Assembly (NCBI GenBank): GCA_965649765.1
Contig: OZ287757.1
Coordinates: 10,850,001 to 10,914,000 of the forward strand
From: Bispira polyomma
Taxonomy: Eukaryota
Length of the DNA: 64,000 nt
Direction of reading: 5' to 3'
Made by a program: the position numbers and the translations under genes. Positions within the stretch are counted from its first letter, which is position 1. Each line of letters starts with the position of its first letter. Shown piece after piece: positions 40,565 to 51,055 of the stretch. The notes below the pieces were generated by a model. The model did no database searches. It saw only the letters and a program-made list of their open reading frames with translations, and was not told the origin of the DNA.

Positions 40565-41710
40565 ATGCCCCAGTCTCACTCTTACAATGGCAAACTTAAG
40601 ATCCATAGCAGCTCTGTGGAGCTTATAGCGATCATGTGGGATCTGTGGGTGAACTCCATGCGATTGTCGGCATCCAGTCTGAGATCGTGGTGGGACTATC
40701 AAGACTACTTGCCATTTGTCGCACGGTGGTCTCTAATGGTGGCACATCCCCTCGATGAGCATATTGATCTGGCTAAAAATACTTGTACCAATGCAACCAG
40801 CCATCCGTATGCATTTAGTTATAGAGCAGTAAAGATTTCAGATGAATAAATTATGAGATATATTTTAAGACGGCATCTGTGGGACTAGAAGCAGCAGGCT
40901 AAAGCTTGGCTATGAGAAGGCATCATCAGCAGTGGTAGGCATCTGGCCTAGTAATGCTGCTATACCTTAGGAAGCAAAGGAGAGCCAGGCAGTATTGGAT
41001 CAGGCCCTGGATAAGCAGGCGCCTGCAATATGACAACCTTATGGCAAAGCTAGAAAAAGAATCTGATGGTGATTTTCTGAATTATCTCTGGATGGAACCA
41101 GCGATGTTTCGAGAGTTGCTGCAGAGGATAACCCACTGTCTGACTAAGAAGGACACCAACTGAAGTGGGCCATCACCTTTAGGTACCTGGCATCTGGTAA
41201 CATCTACCACAGCTTGAGCTATGCATTCAGAGTGCCTCACAACAGCATTTCTGTGTATGTAAAAAAGATATGTGACGCCATAGTGAAGGAATATGGTGCA
41301 GAGATGGTGTCCTCCCCTGCAACAGAGGGTGGCACTGAGTGACAGATTTGCAACCAGATGCTCTGGGTGCAATCGAGGGTAAACACATTGCAATCAAGGC
41401 TCCCAAAAAATCCAGCTCATTGTATCACAACTACAAGGGCTTTTTCTCCATCATCCTCCTTGGGGTTGTAAATTGTGTTGGCAAGCATTTGCTTACACAA
41501 TCTAATGCGCAAGCTGTGTCCGGCATTGCAGAATGCGGCAATGGATCATGAGAAGCCTGGAGAGATGAAGCTGTCTTCGCAGAGTGCCAAAATGTCAGGG
41601 ACCGACGCAGTTTTTACGTAGGGCCAAATGACAGAGGATCTACTTAAAACATTAGTACAATAACTTTGGTGCTGTACCATGGCAGAGAGACATGCTTTAA
41701 GTGACTGTGA
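40565..41710 (+). mobile_element. PIF/Harbinger transposon remnant (HARBI1-like DDE nuclease pseudogene)
   Basis: [86 protein letters not shown]; frameshifted and internally deleted. Confidence 0.85.
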
Positions 41711-43194
41711 CTATTTGTCGTCATATTTGTTACTAATATATTTGTTATATTGAAATATAAGTGAATTATTTATGCAAATAATTGCCTTTTCACAGAAGTT
41801 CATGTCATTGTTGTCATTTTATTTGTTAAAATTGGTATTAAAAGCACTAAAACCTTTTCTGAAACAGAGAAGCTTGACCATGACCACTTATAGAATAATC
41901 TTTAGCCTGGAACTGGGGGAAGGGACCCAGCGGCAGAGGACAACTATATGAAGTGTTCATCCTAAGCACTGACCAAAGCCATATTTAGATCTTGTCCAAG
42001 GATATTGTCCACCAATGGAAGTATGGAGCAAGAACCTTCAAAGTTACTGATCAAATCCTTAGCCAGTGGACCACAGGACACCATGACCTTGACCATGTAA
42101 GAGCTCCAGATAATAAATGTTTTGCTATACCATGCGAAAAATAACAATGAGACTGAATTATTCTTTCATTATGGCCCCCTCTAGATTGGGCAATAATGAC
42201 ACAATGATTGTCTTCATTGTTTTCTTCCTGTTATATCACAACATTTATGAACTTGATATTATTGCTGACTTTCAGATGAGGGCTTTAGTAACGTAAACAC
42301 AAAAAAGATCGCCGATAACCACGTTATGTGTGCTCGAGCTTCTCAGAAACTGCAAAACTTTTTCTTTGTGACCTTAAACTTGATTTATGGATAACATATT
42401 CACATTTTCATGAGTAGAAATGATAAAGAATGACACGCATTTTAATTATTTACTAATTCATATATTTTATGTATCATTTTAATAGGTATCTTGAGACATA
42501 CAATACATATAGCTGTGTGTAACTAAAATGGGTAATATTATTAAGTACATGCTTCACAAATGTGACACAATTCACATACCAAGAAAGTATCAATACTGAA
42601 GTATAGAACATGAACAGAAAAAGGAAAAATCATCATAATTAAACATGAATTCGTTTTTCAAAAAAAAGTTACACTATTCTAAACAAAAAGTTAGACTCTT
42701 CTAAACAGAAAAATGTTTTGTATTATTTGTTTTTATAAAATAGGAAAAAAAATATTGAAAATGTAAATCCTTTAAAATAATATACATGCTTTCTGGAGTT
42801 GTTTACTGCATATACTGTCTGCATATGTGTTGGATCAATACTCGTATTGTGTCACAACAGAAAGTCTTGTCTTCAAGATTTGTTTACACATATGACGTTC
42901 CATCATATAGTTCAAATTGTGTGATGTCACAATACAATAATCATTACATGGGTATTTGTATAGTTTTATAGCAACGTTTTAAATTGTTTAGCCACATTAA
43001 TATAAAAAATCATATTAAGGCTGCCATTGTGTGTATACAGGTGAAAATGAACTTGCGCAAACGCAGTATGAATTTGTGTGTCTACCTTAGTAAACCATTA
43101 AATAACTTTATTTAAAGCTTACATACGCTTGTATACACTGTTATCCTGGGAGAGTAAACATTTCATGCAGAAGAACAGCTGTAACACAGCTTTC

Positions 43195-44061
43195 CTAAAA
43201 GTAAGCATTCCACTTAACACTTAGAACTCTGCCAGTACTAATATAAGTTTTGCAGTATCCCATAACTGCTTTCAAACACACACACAGCTTTTGTGTCTCA
43301 TTTTTCAATCTCCTATATTCATCCCATGATAGTACCAAATCAAGATTACAAGGGGCATAATTTACTCTTTTTGCGGCAATTTTGCACCTCACAGCATCAC
43401 ACGGATTGGCTGAGCCATTGCAGAAATTAAGTATAAAACGAAATTTTCCATAAAGATCACTAACGGCATGGTCACAGCTGGGGTGGATGTTCGAGAAATG
43501 CAAGGGTCGAGTTGACAAGGCATCACCATTGCAAGTAACATAAAGTGATTGAATAAGGATCACCACAGTCGAGTAGGCCCACCATGGAAGCTATAAAGAT
43601 AGGTAACAATGCTTTCCCAAATCAAATATGACTAAAAATGCATTAAACACTTTATCTTTCAACAGTATAAGGGAATTGTGAAGTGATATCATGTGACATT
43701 GTAACACGAAGTGTACGTCACCGCATTAGGATACACAAAGAACAAGTTATAATTGAGTTATGGTGGAGTTGATAAAGCAACTTAGATGCTGGCAAACACT
43801 AAAACCAGTGCCGACGAGTGCAATTTGTAGATCACATGTATTGCCCATAAATTGCTAGTTTAGGTCGTGAAAGTGAGACCCGACCATATATAAAAAATCA
43901 TATATTTAACACCCAATTTCTCAACTTCACCGAAACCCCAAGCGACAAACACACTCATTTGAATTAGTCCTTGTGAATTACAACACTCACTATGTAACCC
44001 GATAATAATTATCCAATCACTGTAACCACTGACATCCAAAATAACAACTCACTGCAACCAT
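43195..44061 (-). CDS. Putative small secreted cysteine-rich protein, 134 aa; exons 44061-44053 (ATG GTT GCA) and 43590-43195
   Basis: Consensus donor GCA|gtgagt and acceptor tctttatag|CTT join in phase 0 to give MVALPWWAYSTVVILIQSLYVTCNG-DAL..., a signal-peptide-like N-terminus. Eight Cys in the mature part, sequons NGS and NET, TATA box about 120 bp upstream, AATAAA about 85 bp after the stop. No family recognised. Confidence 0.62.
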
Positions 44062-44181
44062 GTAATCTCCTCCATTTATGTAAATACAATGGAAGCTTCC
44101 TGGTGAAATGTTTTGCATCATGTAAATAGATTTCTAGAACCATCTGGAAAACAGTGTGTTTAAAGAATGACTACAGAATAC

Positions 44182-44212
44182 TATATATAGACACATGGGG
44201 AATTCTGGAAAT
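44182..44212 (-). promoter_or_regulatory. TATA box (TATATATA, 44182-44189) with adjacent NF-kB-like site GGGGAATTCT (44197-44206) overlapping TTCTGGAA
   Basis: Motifs read directly; spacing fits a core promoter for the 44061 ATG exon. Confidence 0.5.
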
Positions 44213-44884
44213 CACTGGTGAAAGAGAGATAAATGACTACAGTCCAAGTTCTAAGATGTGAAAGTTTTAAGAAGTTTATAAGTCAATGAAACTCTGTTTG
44301 AGGATTTGATTTTTTTACACGTTAGTATATATGTACATGTACAGATAAGATGTAAAGTAATAAAAATTTTAAAATTATTTTGAAATTTTTGACACCCACT
44401 AACAAGTGCCATACCAATAACACAGAATACTAACATTAAGATCCCTTCATCAAATAATACAGTAGGATCATGTATGCATACTAATGAACAAGACATAATA
44501 CTATAATGTTATATAGTGTTTATACAGGTAATTACTACCAGCAATATAATAATAGTATACTAAGATAATTAAAATAACTTCATTAAAATCTGAGGGACTA
44601 GCCCCATTTTAACTCGGCTTTGACAAAACAGAAAGCATAGGGTGTGTTATATATCCATAAGGCAGTGCCTAACCGAATCTTTCCCCTGAACATACTAGCG
44701 AACTAGTTCCTAACCCAGTACATGGCCATAAACCTGGCATAAACTGACTGTTAGAATAAACACGATTACCCCTGTACTGGGCAATAATGAAGCCATAATC
44801 ATGGCCATTCAAATAAAGTTGCCTTACTAAGACAACCTATACACATATTTATAATTACATACATAATCTACATATCCAGCAATT

Positions 44885-45178
44885 TTTAAATACTTGAAGC
44901 AAGCTTCTAATAATGGCGACCGCCCAAGAGTGCCAAGCTCCCTTGGAGCCGGTCTATATTACTCTACATCCTGTAGGTGGGGAAGGGGAAAGTAAATGGT
45001 GTAAGAATCTAAATTATTAAAGTTTTATTATTTAGCAATACTAGTGCACTGCAGTTTATAAATATATTTTGTCATTTATTTAAGTACTTGAGGTGAACTT
45101 CTAACATTAGCGACAGCGTAAGGGTGCCCAGCTACCCTAGAGTCAGCCTATATTACTCTACATCATGTAGGTGAGGAA
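44885..45178. repeat. Two diverged copies of a ~100-bp hairpin-forming unit in the El2 3' spacer
   Basis: 44885-44985 vs 45078-45178 share cttctaa, gcgac, gtgcc.agct, ctatattactctacatc.tgtaggtg.gga. Confidence 0.7.
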
Positions 45179-46034
45179 TAACCTTAAGGAAGCGATAAGA
45201 TGTAACTAAACCAGTAATTTAACCATTAACATAGCCATACCTCTAACTTACTTATCCCTAATTCATAAGGTCAAGCAATGGGTGACTTGGCCCTATTGTA
45301 ACAATGGAATGAGTGAGATCCCCCTGGAAAACTCTAAATTTTTCAAAGAAGTGTACAAACGAACTATGACAAACCATACCAAGTTCTAACTACAATATTG
45401 GGAGGCAATCAACCAGCCCGGAACGGATTAAACCCCGGACCTGCGACACCGACTCGCCTAGCCCCGGCCAGTCCCTGCTCGCAGAGCTCCGAATTCCCTT
45501 GACAGCCACGCCAAGGGCAAGTTTATGGAAGCAGGAACCGAACGTGACACGGTCAAGGCTCAACTTGCCCCTAAGCCAGCCGTCCCTCAATCAAGTATAC
45601 TTTACTGTGGTAAGGGGAGGTGGTGGGTTTCAAAATGTCTGTGTTGCTCGTTCAAATCTCGAGTTAATAATGCTAACAAAATGGAGGGGAGCAGTCATGG
45701 GTGACTAAACTTGAATTTGATTGGAGGTTATCACATAAACAGGAAAATAAAGATTATGTGTAACCTAAAATTTTTAAGGTTGGATAAATCTTATGTTGGA
45801 CTGAACTAACAGACCCCTAGAGTAGTCGTGTTGTGCACAGTCCAAGTTCTAAGATGTGAAAGCAATAAGTTAAGATGATTCCCAAAGAAGTTTGTTGGAA
45901 TAAGTTTATAAGTCAATGAAACTCTGTTTGAGGATTTGATTTTTTTACACTTAGTTTATATGTACATGTACAGATAAGATGTAAAGTAATAAAAATTTTA
46001 AAATTATTTCGAAATTTTTGACACCCAAGCCCAA

Positions 46035-47015
46035 CTAAGAGGAAGGAGGAATGGTGGAAGCGAAAGTGAGGGGGACAACAGAAGCTGCTTCTGATGTCCG
46101 TTGCAAATAGGTCCACACAGCTGAAGACCTCCATAAGCCATGTGACATTATATTCTGTAATGAAACGTTATTGTTGAATGCGTATGTGGCTCCAGATCTT
46201 CTAAAAGTATGGAAGTCATGTGATTTGTATTCAATGCCAATGTGTTCTATATTTTTTTGGAGACCTGCCCTCACGTGAGAATCCACAACAGGGTAGAAAG
46301 GTGGAGTAGCCAATGCAAAAAGTGGTTCTTTGTGTGAAAGATTCCTGGAAGCAAGCAATTTCCTTAAAGCTAATACAGGGCACAATATAATATTGTAAAG
46401 TTCAGGAATCAGCAGTATGTGTGTGTCAGATCTGTTCTGTAGGTTTTTTGCCCACTTAAGTGTTATATGTGCCCCAGGTCATCTAAATAATAGGTCTTGC
46501 CTGAGAAAATGTCTGGTAGGGTCAAAGGCAGATTTTGAATGTGCTGCTATGTTAGACAGTCTCAAAAATGCCAAAAATGCCATGAGGAATATAGCCCTTA
46601 ACAATATTGGATCTTCCAGGATATTGCAAGCTTTGAAAATACTAGCCAGTTGTTGTATGTCGAAAATGTCTTTGTGTTTTGGCTTTAAAGCTGAATTATG
46701 TGTCAAGCTTCTCAAGAATAATTGAATGTATTTGTGTGATAATGGTGTAGGGTCTAGTTGATATTTTTGTATCATGTATTTAATGGCAGCTACATAGTTA
46801 TTTATAGCCCTGGGTGATAACCCTGCTTGAACCAGATACTCTAGAAATACCAGTACTGAATGTACAGTTACTTGATAAATGCCAACAAAATAATTAAATA
46901 CCAGAAAGGTACTAAATTGTGACTTATAAGCACTAGCTGTCTTTGGTCTGATGGCAGTGTCAATTCTATTCCAGGCTGAGGCTACAAATTGGCTGCTGAG
47001 GTTGGTGGAGCCTGT
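46035..47015 (-). pseudogene. El2 tyrosine recombinase with one in-frame TGA at 46479-46481
   Basis: Catalytic residues R (FLRLSN), K (KWAKN), HxxR (HTFRRSGAT), H (HGLWRS), Y (VWTYL). Confidence 0.88.
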
Positions 47016-47017
47016 AA

Positions 47018-49639
47018 TTACACAGATAAATTAAGGTTAAAGTATTCCAATGGAACTTGTTTCCATTGAAAATTCTTGTTTAATACCTCCATCATTTCCA
47101 CACAAGGTGGGTTAGCTGAGTATACTCTAGATAAAGCGTCTGCTGTAATATTTTGTTTCCCAGGAATATGTTCTATAGCAAGTGTTATATTATGTACTGC
47201 TGCTATTAGCCACAAGTTCCTTAAACAGTGTGCTAAGAAGTCATCTTTAGTCTTTTGGGATCCGACAACCAATACTACAGCCATGTTATCACAATGAATG
47301 TTTAATTTGCTGTGGGCCCAGTCATTCGCCCAGATTCTAATAGCTATTATAATATTTAACATCTCGAGATGTGCAATATTTAAGTCTCGGTTATAAACGT
47401 TATGTATTGGAGTTGCATATACCTGGTCGCCCAAAACACCTCCAAAACCTGTGAGGCAAGCGTCCAGATACAGTTCGTTAGCGTGTGAAACTATGGTGGG
47501 GTTAATATATGTGACTCCATTGTAGGAAGGAAGAAATTTTAGAAACCATTGTAAATCACTTTTTATGTCCGCATTGACCTTAATGCGCTTGTCAGTATTG
47601 CCTCTAAATGCCATTAGGAGTCTATTTATGAAAGTACGCGCTGGCTTCACACATTTGTGAATGTACAGCAGACTACCTAGCAAGGATTGAAATTTGTTTT
47701 TTGAAATGAATTTTTTATTATAAATTTCCAAACAAAGATTCCAAATTTGGGTAATTTTTTCCTTGGTGATAGAAATTGTGCCCTTCTGTATATCAATATC
47801 TATGCCCAGACATGTCATAGTCTGTGTGGGTGGAGTGAGTTTCTCACTGTTCATGGGGAGACCTAAGAAAATCTGTCAGAATTTCAAAGCCTTCCTTAGC
47901 CTTATGTTTAGGTGCGATCCATATGTAGTCATCGATGTAGCAAAGTAAATTAAAACCTGACTTATTCATGTAGAATGCTACTGCGTCTGATCATCGCTGA
48001 AACGCCCCTCTCCCATGAACCCACCCGAATGGAATCACCGGATCCAGATACAACTCGTCGTTCCAAGATATGCCCAACTTTATGGCCTCAGCCGGATCGA
48101 CTCTAAGGTTACGAAACGCACGTGAAATGTCGATTTTAAACAAAGTCGGTTCCTGAGTGCAACGAATTGCCTGTGTAATATCATCTATGGTTGGAAATTT
48201 TAATTTAAATTCTACCCCGTCAAACTGTACTTTGTTAACATTGTCATTCAGAGAATTGCCCTGGGGATAAGAGAGATTCAAAATGACTCGCCTTTTGTCA
48301 ACGTCTTTCGGACGGGTTAATAATGGAGAACAATGTAATTGTGTAGAGTGAATGGCTTTGACTGGGCCCAATATAGCTCCATTGTCTTTCTCTTTGTCTA
48401 GATATTGACCTACAGCCTTAGTGTATTGTAAAGCAGAGAAGTGTTTTTTTTTTATTTTTACGTTGTTTAATCTATCAGGATTAGTAAGACTCAAAGGAAA
48501 CCCAAATTTAACATACTGGATTACCAGCTGGTCAGGATAATCAGAAAAAATGTTTTTCCAAGCACTTGGGTTCAAACCTGAAATGATTGGATACCTGGCT
48601 TTTTTGTAGTTAGGAAGCTCAGTGTCACTAACCAACTTGCCGATTTCAATAATTTTTTCTACCGAATCAATGTTGACAGGTTTCCTATCAGGACCTATAA
48701 ATTCAAATTTTGTAGAAGAAAGTGCCATAAAACCTGTAGTTTTGTCTGGATTCTTAATGTCAGTGTTACCAGAACTGGTAAAATTTCTGTCTACCTGGAT
48801 ATTTGTGCTATGACAGTTTTCGAAGAAGACAAACGGATGCGTATGTGAATACGGTAAGTCGTCTCTACTCACCTTTACCTGCTTGTTTTTATTAACAATC
48901 ATTTTATTTACATTTTGACTATTTCTGACATGACAGACATCTGCTGCCTGTGACTGCTTAATTAAGACATCAATAACATTTTCTATATAAGAAGTATAGT
49001 TATAATTATGTTGAGCAGAGGACTGCAGATCTCTTTCATGGTAATAGTAACAATTTTTTGCTTGTTTCCTGATATCATAAGAATAATTAGCAATTCTAGG
49101 TTGAATTTTTTCTATTATGCTATCTTCCAACCAAATTTCAGCTTTATATGTATCTATAATCTGCAGTTCACCTGTTGAATTAACAACTGTTGGAGAATAT
49201 ACCAATGGCAAAGGCAATAGAAGCCCTTGCTAAAGTTCTTATTTTCACTCTGAATATAAACCACTGGGGCCATGACTCCCCCATAACTAGAAATTTCAGA
49301 TAAATTTGTAACAGATATCTGCACTTGAATAGTCTCACCGGTAGTACAACCAATATCTTTACCATAGAACTTGACTGATAAAGTAGGACTAGTATCCTCA
49401 AAATTTTCCTGTAAACAATTACTTGTTAAAGCGTCAACTACTTTTGTACTATTTTTTAAATCATTCATAGTATCATAATGCTCCCTTGGTATGTTCTTCA
49501 CTATCTGCATGTGAACATTATTGGCAATATTAGAATTAGTCTTGGCATTAAAATAATCGTTATTTATATTACTACTGACTTCTTTACCTTCCTTACTGGT
49601 GACACAAGTTACACTACTTTCCTGCTTAACACTATACAC
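47018..49639 (-). pseudogene. El2 pol: reverse transcriptase plus RNase H, frameshifted
   Basis: CSPLLTRPK, RRVILNLSYP, KIDISRAFRNL, IPFGW, YIDDY region near 47930, CLGIDID, RNase H DACLTGFG, HLEMLN, HCDNMAVV, HIPGKQNITADALSR. Confidence 0.88.
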
Positions 49640-49672
49640 TTCCGATTCGCTGATTGGCTGACGGTATTGTCC

Positions 49673-51055
49673 CTAACGATTATTTGACTGTTCTGGGTTC
49701 TTGTTCAAATTGGCCCGAAATTTAAAGCATTTGAACTCAGGGTGCACTGCATCCTTGCCAAGTGTTTTCGAACAATACCAACAAATATGCCTGTAATTAG
49801 CATGGTCGGTTTTGTGAGAACATTTCCCATTGTTGTACAACTTACAGATCGTCTTAAATTAATTTTGTTTCCCCTTACTCAGATCATTGCTACCATTGTT
49901 ACCAGTATTGCTTACTAATGCCATTTGAGATGCACTTAATCTATTTAAAGCCCACTGCGTTTGGTTATCCCATGTAAGTCGCCCTTCTTCTATTTCCTGC
50001 ATACTGTGGCCCCAGGCCGTGCAAACCACTGGCCAGGGGAGAGCTGCCGCATCCCTGAGTGTGTGAACTAGTTGCTGGATCATACCTTTCATCAAGACAG
50101 GGTCTGCTACTAGAAGAGCATTGTTGAGCTGCCCAGCCGCCCATTGCGCCAAAGACAAGTCGTTAAAAGTCGGTTTCCGTTTCGTGTTAGCGCCTACCCA
50201 CCCCTCATTCAGCCATCGAAATTTGGGGTCTGCTGTGGAAATGTCAGAACTGTTATAACGCCCAGATTTCTGTTTTACTGGAGCCTTACCTTGAAGAATG
50301 TCTCTCTGGATATTGGTCTCATACCCCGCTAACTGCCTGGCTATGGCGGCCTGTATGGCTGGTATCGCCCGAAGAGTGTCCAGTTGTGGAACAACGCCGT
50401 CCTTAGCAAAGTCCTGATGACCTGAGGGTAATGGGGTTGGACCTGGATTCAACGGAGGTGGAGCTATTGACGCTGAAGCTTCCAACGTGGAGTGATGTGT
50501 TCCTGTGGTATCTGCTGCCGGCCTAGTAAGTAACGCTTGTTGGGTCTGAGTCGTTTTAACCTTACTGATTCGCTGACTGAGTTCTGTGTTTGAAGTTTCC
50601 AGTCGTCTGAGTATAGCCAGCATCTCTGATGAGCTGTCTGTACTAGCAGTAACGCTCGACATGGGCTGTTGACTCGCCATGAATGGTTGAGTAACAGTCG
50701 CCCCCAACGGGGTCTGCAAACGTGAAGGTGTAACCCCAGCATAAGCAAGGTCTCTGTTTGCAGTCGAGTAGCCCAGAGTATGTGGCAGTAAAGACTCGGT
50801 GGTGATGTTATTAGGTGCACGTGGAGGTGTAACCTGACTATAAGCGGCTCCGGAGTTGGTAGTAGTTGTGGACAAGAATTCTGGAGACGGCTCGAGAGGT
50901 CTAGCCGCTAAGGCAGTTAACTGGTCTTGAACCTTGGAAACTATGAAGTCTGATACCTGCTGACCTTTGCTGAGGTCTGTGGAAATTACCGTACTCTTCT
51001 TTGTCCTAGCTTTGTTCGCCCTTGTAACTGGCGTTTTCTTCGTCGTTTTGCCCAT
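49673..51055 (-). pseudogene. El2 gag-like ORF with C-terminal Cys/His zinc finger, interrupted by one in-frame TAA at 49859-49861
   Basis: MGKTTKK...QWALNRLSASQ, then after the stop KTICKLYNNGKCSHKTDHANYRHICWYC...HPEFKC, which is contiguous in El3. Confidence 0.8.

Noticed and set aside
44885-45178. Twister or hammerhead ribozyme
   Set aside because: No CUGAUGA/GAAA core and no twister P4 loop consensus found by eye; kept only as an unidentified hairpin motif.
46056-46070. ISRE-like GAAGCGAAAGTGA in El2 (also at about 51586)
   Set aside because: Explained by YR codons (LTFAS) on the opposite strand; no independent support.
49859-49861. Programmed stop read-through in gag (also the TGA in YR at 46479)
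   Set aside because: El3 has sense codons at the gag position and its own stop elsewhere (62811); copy-specific stops indicate decay.
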